A stretch of DNA of 64,000 nt from Narcine bancroftii (taxonomy: Eukaryota), in NCBI RefSeq assembly GCF_036971445.1, contig NC_091474.1, positions 193,998,001 through 194,062,000 of the forward strand. The letters are read 5' to 3'. The notes beneath the pieces are model-generated. The model saw nothing but the letters and a program-made list of their open reading frames with translations, made no database searches and had not been told where the DNA came from. Position numbers and translations under genes: made by a program. Positions 39,770 through 51,559 of this stretch are shown one piece after another; within the stretch, counting starts at the first letter, position 1; each line of letters opens with the position of its first letter.

Positions 39770-41630
39770 TTGAATAACTGCCGGCTGGTACCTCTGACAT
39801 CCACCATCATGAAATATTTTGTGAGGTTGATCATGGCACATGTTAACTCCAGCCTATCAATCACCTTCAATCCACTCCGCAGCAAGTTCATATGAGATGA
39901 CATCTTCCTGACCCTACACTCATCCCTGAAACCTGGTCAGACTCCTATTTATCAACTACAACCCAGCCTTCAACACAATAATACCAAACAAACTCATCCA
40001 CAGTTGCAGGACCTTGTCCTCAAGACCCCTCTTTGCAAGTAGATCCGCAATTTTCTACCTGCAAGTGACATTGATAAGTATTAGTGATAGAACCTCTTTT
40101 GTGAGCATCCTCAACTTCAGGCCCCCCACAAGACTGGGTACTCAGTCACACCTTGCACACAGATGATTGCATACTCAAACACCACTCCAAGTCAATCAAT
40201 AAATTCAAGATTCACAATTCCTTTTATTGCTATGTAATAATACAAAAAATGTAATGCACATGATATACCTCAAATACTGAGTCCCTTCAGATACTAAGTG
40301 CCCACGGATTTGCCTTCAATGTTTCTGCAGCCTCTGTAACTACACAGACTCTTATTCAAACCATTGGCAACCTGAGACCCAGATCTGAACCTCTGAAACA
40401 GTCAGGAAGCCTTCAGTGACAGAGGTCCTACAGGAGCCCTTTCTTGTCCTCAGCACCCTCTCAAATCCCAGTTCTGATACCTGGTTCCCATGAGCAAGTC
40501 TCCAGAAGTCCGCAGCCTCTGCGGATCCTTCAGCTGCAGAGCCCCTCTCTGGTCCACTGCCTTGGTCACCATCTCAATGGGGCAGGGGTGGGGGTGTTCT
40601 CCTAGTTTCTGATCCCCTGCTACCTGGAGTCTGCAACCTCTTGTGGTACTTTGCCCAGCACAGCTGATGACATCTTGGCTACCGACCCCCATGTTTGTAG
40701 GATTAAAACAAAATACTGTTGGCTCCTCTACATGGGCCGCTGAAAACCTGTATGGAGCTGTCGGCATCAGGACCGGGGAGAAGGACCCTGCGGAGCGGTG
40801 CTGTGTCTCCGCTCCCCAGTCTGCGTCAGACTGCAAATGACATCGCAGCTGCAGGCAGGATTTCTAAAAACAAGTTGGATTTTAGAAGGGAGGTGGAGGG
40901 ACTAATATCTTGATGCCAGAACAACATCCTCTCCTCAAATGTCAGCAAGACCCAGGTTAATGACTTGCATGAGAGGAGCTCACTCTCTGATCTGCATCAA
41001 CTGTACTGAGGTAGAGGCAGAAGCCAGCTTTAGGTTCTAATGTCTCCAGTGATGTGCCTTGACCCACTCTCATCGATGAAATGACCAAGAAATCACACCA
41101 GCATCTGTGCGTCCTCAGATGCCTAAGGAAATTTCGACTGCATGATTAATGCAACACTATTACAACACTGTCAACCTGAGTCTGAATCTGCCACTGTCTG
41201 CAAGGTGTTTACGTCTCTCCTGTGGGTTTCCTCCAGGTGCTCCGGTTTTCTCCCATGTTTCAAAAATGTACAGGATCATAGGTTAATTGGTCCATGAGTG
41301 TGTCCTGGTTGTGCGGCCTCATGGTCTGGAAGGGCCTGTTACTATGATGCATCTCCAAATTAAAAATAAATATCTCACTTGCATCCTTTAACAACTTCTA
41401 CAGGTGCACCACTGAAAGCATCCTATCATGGATGGTACAAGAAGTACTCAGCCTTAAACTACAAGAAACTGCAGAGGGTTGTGAAACCAATCAGATCATC
41501 ATGCAAACCATCACCCCACCCCAGCAACTCCACCTTTAATTCCTGCTGCTTGGAAAAGCAGCCAACATTTTAAAAGATTTATCCCATTCTAGCCAGACTT
41601 TTTTCACCTCCTCCTGTCAGGAAGAAGATT
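39770..41630 (+). mobile_element. Degraded Rex1/Babar LINE with nested insertions, including a V-SINE at about 41140-41370
   Basis: LTSTIMKYF, AFNTIIP and YKKLQRVV-like motifs; SINE core GGGTTTCCTCCAGGTGCTCCGGTTTTCTCCCA. Confidence 0.6.
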
Positions 41631-41757
41631 CACTCGCGACCTGTTTGACGTCTTGAACGATCATCAAAAAGGTAAAATGATGCTACCTTTGCTAAGTACC
41701 AACTAACCTCTCTCTATAACTGCACTTCTGTACTACATCTAACTTGTCATACTATGT

Positions 41758-43580
41758 CTTCTTTGGCTTGGCTTCGCGGACGAAGATTTATGGAGGGGGT
41801 AAAAAGTCCACGTCAGCTGCAGGCTCGTTTGTGGCTGACAAATCCGATGCGGGACAGGCAGACACAATTGCAGCGGTTGCAGGGGAAAATTGGTTGGTTG
41901 GGGTTGGGTGTTGGGTTTTTCCTCCTTTGCCTTTTGTCAGTGAGGTGGGCTCTGCGGTCTTCTTCAAAGGAGGTTGCTGCCCGCCAAACTGTGAGGCGCC
42001 AAGATGCACGGTTTGAGGCGATATCAGCCCACTGGCGGTGGTCAATGTGGCAGGCACCAAGAGATTTCTTTAGGCAGTCCTTGTACCTTTTCTTTGGTGC
42101 ACCTCTGTCACGGTGGCCAGTGGAGAGCTCGCCATATAACACGATTTTGGGAAGGCGATGGTCCTCCATTCTGGAGACGTGACCCATCCAGCGCAGCTGG
42201 ATCTTCAGCAGCGTGGACTCGATGCTGTCGACCTCTGCCATCTCGAGTACTTCGACGTTAGGGATGTAAGCGCTCCAATGGATGTTGAGGATGGAGCGGA
42301 GACAACGCTGGTGGAAGCGTTCTAGGAGCCGTAGGTGGTGCCGGTAGAGGACCCATGATTCGGAGCCGAACAGGAGTGTGGGTATGACAACGGCTCTGTA
42401 TACGCTTATCTTTGTGAGGTTTTTCAGTTGGTTGTTTTTCCAGACTCTTTTGTGTAGTCTTCCAAAGGCGCTATTTGCCTTGGCGAGTCTGTTGTCTATC
42501 TCATTGTCGATCCTTGCATCTGATGAAATGGTGCAGCCAAGATAGGTAAACTGGTTGACCGTTTTGAGTTTTGTGTGCCCGATGGAGATGTGGGGGGGGC
42601 TGGTAATCATGGTGGGGAGCTGGCTGATGGAGGACCTCAGTTTTCTTCAGGCTGACTTCCAGGCCAAACATTTTGGCAGTTTCCGCAAAGCAGGACGTCA
42701 AGCGCTGAAGAGCTGGCTCTGAACGGGCAACTAAAGCGGCATCGTCTGCAAAGAGTAGTTCACGGACAAGTTTCTCTTGTGTCTTGGTGTGAGCTTGCAG
42801 GCGCCTCAGATTGAAGAGACTGCCAACCGTGCGGTACCGGATGTAAACAGCGTCTTCATTGTTGGGGTCTTTCATGGCTTGGTTCAGCATCATGCTGAAG
42901 AAGATTGAAAAGAGGGTTGGTGCGAGAACACAGCCTTGCTTCACGCCATTGTTAATGGAGAAGGGTTCAGAGAGCTCATTGCTGTATCTGACCCGACCTT
43001 GTTGGTTTTCGTGCAGTTGGATAATCATGTTGAGGAACTTTGGGGGACATCCGATGCGCTCTAGTATTTGCCAAAGCCCTTTCCTGCTCACGGTGTCGAA
43101 GGCTTTGGTGAGGTCAACAAAGGTGATGTAGAGTCCTTTGTTTTGTTCTCTGCACTTTTCTTGGAGCTGTCTGAGGGCAAAGACCATGTCAGTAGTTCCT
43201 CTGTTTGCGCGAAAGCCGCACTGTGATTCTGGGAGAATATTCTCGGCGACACTAGGTATTATTCTATTTAGTAGAATCCTAGCGAAGATTTTGCCTGCAA
43301 TGGAGAGCAACGTGATTCCCCTGTAGTTTGAGCAGTCTGATTTCTCGCCTTTGTTTTTGTACAGGGTGATGATGGTGGCATCACGAAGATCCTGAGGCAG
43401 TTTACCTTGGTCCCAACAAAGCTTGAAAAACTCATGCAGTTTGGCATGCAGAGTTTTGCCGCCAGCCTTCCAGACTTCTGGGGGGATTCCATCCATACCT
43501 GCTGCTTTGCCACTTTTCAGTTGTTCGATTGCCTTATATGTCTCATCCAGGGTGGGAACCTCATCCAGCTCTAGCCTTAG
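41758..43580 (-). mobile_element. Young RTE LINE, 3' half (RT, C-terminus, 3' UTR, GAA tail)
   Basis: KAAGMDGIPPE, SQCGFR, FVDLTKAFDTV, GVKQGCVLAP, LLFADD; one +1 frameshift in a G-run near 42592-42599; nearly identical to the 31223 copy; left TSD TCATACTATGT at 41747-41757. Confidence 0.95.
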
Positions 43581-46500
43581 AGCGCACTGCACTCCACCTA
43601 AAAGCTCCTTTGCGCAGGCCCGAGGACAGGTCCACGTCCTCCCCCTCCACGTCCTCCCCCTCCACGTCCTCCCCCTCCACGTCCTCCCCCTCCACGTCCT
43701 CCCCCTCCACGTCCTCCCCCTCCACGTCCTCCCCCTCCACGTCCTCCCCCTCCACGTCCTCCCCCTCCACGTCCTCCCCCTCCACGTCCTCCCCCTCCAC
43801 GTCCTCCCCCTCCACGTCCTCCCCCTCCACGTCCTCCCCCTCCACGTCCTCCCCCTCCACGTCCTCCCCCTCCACGTCCTCCCCCTCCACGTCCTCCCCC
43901 TCCACGTCCTCCCCCTCCACGTCCTCCCCCTCCACGTCCTCCCCCTCCACGTCCTCCCCCTCCACGTCCTCCCCCTCCACGTCCTCCCCCTCCACGTCCT
44001 CCCCCTCCACGTCCTCCCCCTCCACGTCCTCCCCCTCCACGTCCTCCCCCTCCACGTCCTCCCCCTCCACGTCCTCCCCCTCCACGTCCTCCCCCTCCAC
44101 GTCCTCCCCCTCCACGTCCTCCCCCTCCACGTCCTCCCCCTCCACGTCCTCCCCCTCCACGTCCTCCCCCTCCACGTCCTCCCCCTCCACGTCCTCCCCC
44201 TCCACGTCCTCCCCCTCCACGTCCTCCCCCTCCACGTCCTCCCCCTCCACGTCCTCCCCCTCCACGTCCTCCCCCTCCACGTCCTCCCCCTCCACGTCCT
44301 CCCCCTCCACGTCCTCCCCCTCCACGTCCTCCCCCTCCACGTCCTCCCCCTCCACGTCCTCCCCCTCCACGTCCTCCCCCTCCACGTCCTCCCCCTCCAC
44401 GTCCTCCCCCTCCACGTCCTCCCCCTCCACGTCCTCCCCCTCCACGTCCTCCCCCTCCACGTCCTCCCCCTCCACGTCCTCCCCCTCCACGTCCTCCCCC
44501 TCCACGTCCTCCCCCTCCACGTCCTCCCCCTCCACGTCCTCCCCCTCCACGTCCTCCCCCTCCACGTCCTCCCCCTCCACGTCCTCCCCCTCCACGTCCT
44601 CCCCCTCCACGTCCTCCCCCTCCACGTCCTCCCCCTCCACGTCCTCCCCCTCCACGTCCTCCCCCTCCACGTCCTCCCCCTCCACGTCCTCCCCCTCCAC
44701 GTCCTCCCCCTCCACGTCCTCCCCCTCCACGTCCTCCCCCTCCACGTCCTCCCCCTCCACGTCCTCCCCCTCCACGTCCTCCCCCTCCACGTCCTCCCCC
44801 TCCACGTCCTCCCCCTCCACGTCCTCCCCCTCCACGTCCTCCCCCTCCACGTCCTCCCCCTCCACGTCCTCCCCCTCCACGTCCTCCCCCTCCACGTCCT
44901 CCCCCTCCACGTCCTCCCCCTCCACGTCCTCCCCCTCCACGTCCTCCCCCTCCACGTCCTCCCCCTCCACGTCCTCCCCCTCCACGTCCTCCCCCTCCAC
45001 GTCCTCCCCCTCCACGTCCTCCCCCTCCACGTCCTCCCCCTCCACGTCCTCCCCCTCCACGTCCTCCCCCTCCACGTCCTCCCCCTCCACGTCCTCCCCC
45101 TCCACGTCCTCCCCCTCCACGTCCTCCCCCTCCACGTCCTCCCCCTCCACGTCCTCCCCCTCCACGTCCTCCCCCTCCACGTCCTCCCCCTCCACGTCCT
45201 CCCCCTCCACGTCCTCCCCCTCCACGTCCTCCCCTCCACGTCCTCCCCTCCACGTCCTCCCCCTCCACGTCCTCCCCCTCCACGTCCTCCCCCTCCACGT
45301 CCTCCCCCTCCACGTCCTCCCCCTCCACGTCCTCCCCCTCCACGTCCTCCCCCTCCACGTCCTCCCCCTCCACGTCCTCCCCCTCCACGTCCTCCCCCTC
45401 CACCCCCTCCACCCCCTCCACGTCCTCCACGTCCTCCCCCTCCACGTCCTCCCCCTCCACGTCCTCCCCCTCCACGTCCTCCCCCTCCACGTCCTCCCCC
45501 TCCACGTCCTCCCCCTCCACGTCCTCCCCCTCCACGTCCTCCCCCTCCACGTCCTCCCCCTCCACGTCCTCCCCCTCCACGTCCTCCCCCTCCACGTCCT
45601 CCCCCTCCACGTCCTCCCCCTCCACGTCCTCCCCCTCCACGTCCTCCCCCTCCACGTCCTCCCCCTCCACGTCCTCCCCCTCCACGTCCTCCCCCTCCAC
45701 GTCCTCCCCCTCCACGTCCTCCCCCTCCACGTCCTCCCCCTCCACGTCCTCCCCCTCCACGACCTCCCCCTCCACGTCCTCCCCCTCAAAAGATGTTCAC
45801 AAACTCAAGCTAGCATGCTGGAACATCAGAACCATGCTAGACAAGGCTGAAAGCCACCGACCTGAACGTCGGTCTGCCCTCATTGCACATGAACTCCTCA
45901 GACTTGACATCGACATAGTCGCTCTCAGTGAAGTCCGCCTGGCAGATGTAGTAAGCCTCCAAGAACGCGGTGCGGGATACACACTCTACTGGTCTGGCAA
46001 GCCTTCGGATGAACGACGCCTATCTGGTGTAGGCTTCATGGTCAAGAGCTTCATTGCCTCCAAACTCGAAAACCTTCCGACAGGCCTCTCGGACCGAATC
46101 ATGTCCATGCGACTCCCCCTTCAAAACAAGCGTCACATCACCCTCATCAGTGTCTATGCTCCAACCCTCCAGGCGGAACCAGCAGAAAAGGACAAGTTCT
46201 ACACCGACCTGCGCAACCTCAACCAACGCACCCCTACAGCAGACAAGGTTGTCATCCTGGGCGACTTCAACGCTCGTGTCGGCAAAGACTCAGAAACCTG
46301 GCCAGGAATCCTGGGCAAGCATGGCGTCAGCAAGTGCAACGACAATGGGCGCCTCCTGTTGGAGCTCTGCGCAGAACAGCGGCTTGTCATTACAAACACC
46401 CTTTTTCAGCAGAGGGACAGCCTTAAGACCACCTGGATGCATCCCTGATCCAAACACTGGCACCTCCTGGACTACATCCTGGTGCGAGAAAGTGACAAAC

Positions 46501-47224
46501 GAGATGTGCTCCACACCAGGGTCATGCCTAGCGCGGAATGCCACACTGACCACCGGCTAGTTCACTGCAAGCTCAACCTTCACTTCAAGCCAAAGCCCAG
46601 GAACAATAAAGCCCCCAGAAAGAGGTTCAATGTTGGAAACCTGCAGTCAGAGGAAGCGAGAGGAAACTTCCAGGCAAACCTCAAAGCAAAGCTCGACGAT
46701 GCAACCCGCCTCACGGACCCGTCCCCTGAAACCCTCTGGGATCAGTTGAAGACTACCATACTGCAATCCACTGAAGAGGTACTGGGCTTCTCCTCCAGGA
46801 AAAACAAGGACTGGTTTGACGAAAACAGCCAGGAAATCCAGGAGCTGCTGGCAAAGAAGCGAGCTGCCCACCAGGCTCACCTTACAAAGCCGTCCTGTCC
46901 AGAGAAGAAACAAGCCTTCCGTCGCGCATGCAGCCATCTTCAGCGCAAACTCCAGGAGATCCAAAATGAGTGGTGGACTAGCCTCGCCAAACGAACCCAG
47001 CTCAGCGCGGACATTGGCGACTTCAGGGGTTTCTACGAGGCTCTAAAGGCTGTGTACGGCCCCTCACCCCAAGTCCAAAGCCCGCTACGCAGCTCAGACG
47101 GCAAAGTCCTCCTCAGCGACAAGATCTCCATCCTCAACCGATGGTCAGAACACTTCCAATCTCTTTTCAGTGCCAACCGCTCAGTCCAAGATTCCGCCCT
47201 GCTCCAGCTCCCTCAACAGCCCCT
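43581..47224 (+). mobile_element. Inverted 5' half of the same RTE LINE (N-terminus, APE endonuclease, linker)
   Basis: LACWNIRTM, DIVALSEVR, SVYAPT, ILGDFNARVG, HTDHRLV; TGA at 46446-46448; ends QLPQQP, contiguous with LRLELDE of the minus half; right TSD TCATACTATGT at 47224-47234. Confidence 0.93.
43631..45787 (+). repeat. 15-bp tandem repeat (TCCACGTCCTCCCCC), about 144 copies
   Basis: Read directly; perfect except two 14-bp units at about 45221-45251, short 9-bp units at about 45399-45430 and one T>A at about 45762. Confidence 0.98.
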
Positions 47225-48999
47225 CATACTATGTACGAGATGTCTAACTGGTCTACTTGCAAAATAACCCCGTTGACTGCATCTTGATAGATGTGACAAT
47301 AAACTTGAATGTGAACTTCCTGAGGTTCACACTGTCACAGCCAACTTAAGTTAATTTGATTTCACATTTCAGATGAAAACATATTCCAGATTAAGCTTAA
47401 GTACTGATTAATTTATATGACTCACTGGAAAATTGTCAACTGTCCATTAAAAAAAACAGAACATGTCCAATCCAGCTAATTACTGACAAGTTTACTCTCA
47501 CTTCAACAAAATGATGGTTGATGAATGATTCAACCTTGTACTTATTTCCCTCACCAGTATCTCGTGTTATCTTGGTCTGGATGCACTCCAGTGCAGAGCA
47601 CTTTCTCCTGCTTCTTTGCATCATTCAGATTACTGAATCTGGTGGAGAGAGGGTGGGTGGGAGTGGCTTTAACCCACGAGAGTGGGTTTTGGGGCCTTCC
47701 ACTCACCTAGTTAATTTCACTTTCAGTCAACACAGAGGTGCTCTCAGTTGTGTGGTTCAGCAGATATGGCCCCCAAGTAGATAAGCAAAGAATTCTTTTC
47801 ATCGATCATAACACAGAAAACGCTTGAAACATTCAGCAGGTCAGAGAGCATCTGTGGAAAAAAGAAACTGAGTTAATGTTTAGGGTCTGAGACCCTTCAC
47901 CAGGGAGAAAGGAAGATCTAGAGAAATCCTGCTAATTATTTCCAGCATCTCTATTCATAGAGGCTTGATGTTCAAATGGAAGAGCTTACAGCAAGACAGT
48001 AGCTTGTGTATTAAACATGCAAGTGTACTTCAAAATGTTTCCTTTCTGATCAGAATTTATTCACCTCCTTTCACTGGAACAGTCTTTTCAACCACTAAAT
48101 ATCACATGCAGCATATTACTACTGGCACGCACCAATTATTTGAGAATTCCAGCAAATTAGGAATTTCAAAAATAATTTGCCAAGTAGTCATTAGATAAGC
48201 ATATTATATGGAACCTTTATGTGCAATTTTTAAGTAGTTTGATTTTATCCTGCAGTAGAACAACAACTGAGCACCGAGCTCGACTTTAGAGAGGTACATG
48301 CACTTGCTATTTTGCAAGATCTATAAATGGAAGCTACCAACACATTGTTTATTTTTATGCATTCCTTTTCCTTCATTAAGAAGCCTCACCTCCACTCCAA
48401 ATCTCCTCTCCTCAATGTGGTCACTTTAAACACTCATATGGTAAACTTAGTGCCAAGCAACGATACTGAAGCATCAAGAGCTGGGATGGCAAAGTTTGTG
48501 GCAACAAATATCAGCCACTGAGACAAACAGATTTTGGTTGCATAGTTATAAAGGTACTGAACTAGCAGCTTGAAGTTGAGACCAGTAATTCTGAGGCATG
48601 CAGAGTTTAATATGATAAATTAAATACTATTATCCAGAATTCAAGCAATTAGCAAAAAAATTATAAAGTTGTAATAGATAATAACTGAAAAAAAATTAAA
48701 TGAAAAATTTAAATTTGTTAAAGTAAATGTTCTTTGAAAGATGGCGCTGGACCCCCCCTCCACCTCAGGCACAAAGCCTGCAAACCGAATAACGTGTCCG
48801 GGGTGGGGGGGGGGGGGGGAGGGTGGGGGTGGGTGTCATGACATCACTTCTGGTTTCCAGTCAGCCGGACCAGAAGTGACATAAAAGTTGGCTGGAAAGA
48901 GAATTAAAGATTTTCCTGCTCATCTTAACCTGAGCCAGAGTAGGTGGAACTTTATGAGGAATTGGCTGAAAATTTGAACTTTTTCTTTCTCTTAAAATA

Positions 49000-50790
49000 T
49001 TTTTTATTTAATCGAGAACATATACATAATAGGTTCCTAAAGAATCAAATACAATATATATTGATATTAATTATCATATTGTACATTAATGATAGTAAAT
49101 GAAATCATAATTAAACCCATAAGTGCTTATTGCTCAAAAAAAAAGAAAAAAAAACAATAAATGAAAAAAAGTTTCTCTAACCCATTCTATTAAACAAGGT
49201 TGAATAAATAATATTAGCAACCTTGGAATCGAGCAGCAACTGAAGCATACCAATCTACCGCACATATACATATAAATTGACCCAATCTTATCAAACATGA
49301 TCTTTATTTTCCTGACATTATGTCTAATTTTCTCTGGGCTCAAAAATGACATGGAAGTAACCATTACAAGTGATTAGGTGGAAAATCATCTTTCCATTTT
49401 AGCGGGATTTTTCTTCTGACCAGCAATTTAGAAAATACTAAAACATGTCTTGGATTTGATGTTAAATTTATATTCTCATCCTTGGAGAAATCAAATATTG
49501 CTATAAATGGACAGGGTTCAAGATTGACCCTGAAGATATCCAAAAAGGTTTTAAAAATATCTGTCCAAAATTTTCCTAATTTGGGACATGACCAAAACAT
49601 GTGCATCAAAATGCTTCAAAAATTTTACATTTATCACAGAATAGATTGATATTAGGATAAATTCGAGAAAGTTTAACTTGAGAAAAGTTTACTCTAAATT
49701 GAATCAAACTGTGCCTAGCTCACAGAAAAGGATTATTGATAAGGGCGAAGATTGTGAATTAGATCATTCTCCTCTTCAGTTTTGTTCTTAATTAAGGAAC
49801 CTGTCTTTATATTCAATATTTTATAATATAAAGTGGTTATTATACCTTTATGCACAAAGTGTTGTTCAAAAGTTTGTTTTTAAAATTCAGATCAGGAAGA
49901 CGTGAAAATTCTAGGTTTAGATCGAATAAAATGCCTTATTTGGTAATATCTAAAAAATGTCTACATGGCAAATTAAATTCCGTCATCAATTGTAAAGATG
50001 CAAAATTTTGTTGAATAAAAAGATCTTAAAAGCTTTTAATCCCCAGCTGATTCCACTCTTCATAACCTGCATCTAAAATGGAGGGCTGGAAAAGATGATT
50101 AAACAGAATCAGACCAGTGAACAAAAATCCCCAAAATTTCCTGAATTGAACTCAAATTCTTAGTCTCTGTTTCAATATTAAATTCTTTGTTAATTTTGGA
50201 ATAGAAAAAGGTAATGATGAGCCTAAAACTGTCCAGATAGAAGTATTTTAAAAAGATTTCAACCCAGTTAGGGAGGTTGTCTATTTTATCAAATTGTAAC
50301 AACAATAACATTATATTTATTGCTCAATAAAAGAATCTAAAATTGGGTAATGACAAACTTCTGTCATTCCTTGTATTCTGAAGATAAATTTTATTTAATC
50401 AAGCTTTCTTCCCTTGAAGAAATGACATAATAAATGTTTCCAAAGTATCAAAAAATAATTTAGGAATAAATATAGATAAAAACTGAAATAAAAATAAAAA
50501 GTTTGGTAAGATATTCATTTTGACTGAATTAATACAACTGATCATAGTCAGAGAAAGTGGTGACCATCAGGATATTATGTTAGTTTGATTAAATAAAGCT
50601 GCAAAATCTTCTTTAAAGAGGTTTTTAATGTTCTTAGCTATCATTATATCAAGATATCTAAATTGTTCTTTCACCATCTTGAAAGGGAGAGTATAAAGTA
50701 ATAGTGCCCTTTAATGGTAACAATTCATTCTTATGCAGATTGTTTACAGGCAGCAAACTAACTAAAATGTGTAAATAATGACAAAACCTT
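49000..50790 (-). mobile_element. Old L1-clade LINE 3' relic
   Basis: MHMFWSCPKLGKFW...LKWKD (ORF 49364); degenerate YLDIMI and MNILPNF motifs upstream; poly-T on + near 49000. Confidence 0.75.
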
Positions 50791-51559
50791 TTTTTAAACA
50801 ACTTAGGGTGACCCTTCTTTTTTTGGAAAGATACACTGTGATGATGCTGGACATCTTCCCAAACACAATACTCTGCCAAACACAAGTTCAGAACTAGACA
50901 CATGGACTTCTGAAATTATAGAGATGGAAGCATAAATCAAATAGGGAAATTTTGAATTGTGCAACACATTTTTTCTAACTTTTGATACTAGAGTTAGATA
51001 TTATTCACAGCTTATTTCAAAAATATTTTCAAAATGTACCCAGTGTTTCCAGGTAAAAACCCGTCAAGTTCTCGACAATATTCAGTTCAATGCAGCATGT
51101 TGCAGTCTCTTCTGTTCTCTACTGTGAGGTTGACTGAACTATTAAACTTAAGAAATCTGGAAATAAAAATAAAAAAATCTTCTCTTAAAAATGTAAAATG
51201 TGTTGCTGAAAATACCAAAGTACTTTTGAAATACATGAGGGTTCAGTTTTGATGCTTGCATTGAACATATTGCCCAGCATCAGCTGTACTCTAGGATACA
51301 GTAAGTGAACAGAAGGGGTCTACTTTCATCAAAGTGAAGCTTTCTCAGTTGGTAACTCACATTCATGCTATTATGAAAGACTGGAAAGTTTGCACCTTGT
51401 CAACATATCAAAGGATGAAAACAAAACCAAGCTTGAACAATAAGGAGAGAAGGTAATTTTTTTTCGTCATGCATACTATTTTGTGACTGAATCTGAAAGA
51501 TTTCATTAAAATCAAATATGCATGCCAGAAATCCTGGTAAAACAACATTGGTGTTATTC

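Noticed and set aside
43631-45787. CRISPR array, telomeric repeat or prokaryotic RT-plus-repeat system (retron, DGR)
   Set aside because: There are no spacers or cas genes, the unit is not TTAGGG, and the RT is an RTE-clade LINE with an APE endonuclease and TSD in eukaryotic DNA.
42501-45850. Long ORFs of 725-912 aa (poly-RGRTW fused to RT, poly-HVLPL, poly-STSSP, poly-EGEDV, poly-GGGGR) as novel proteins
   Set aside because: A 15-bp unit without stop codons is open in all six frames. The apparent repeat-RT fusion is a by-product of the inversion junction, and there is no evidence of expression.
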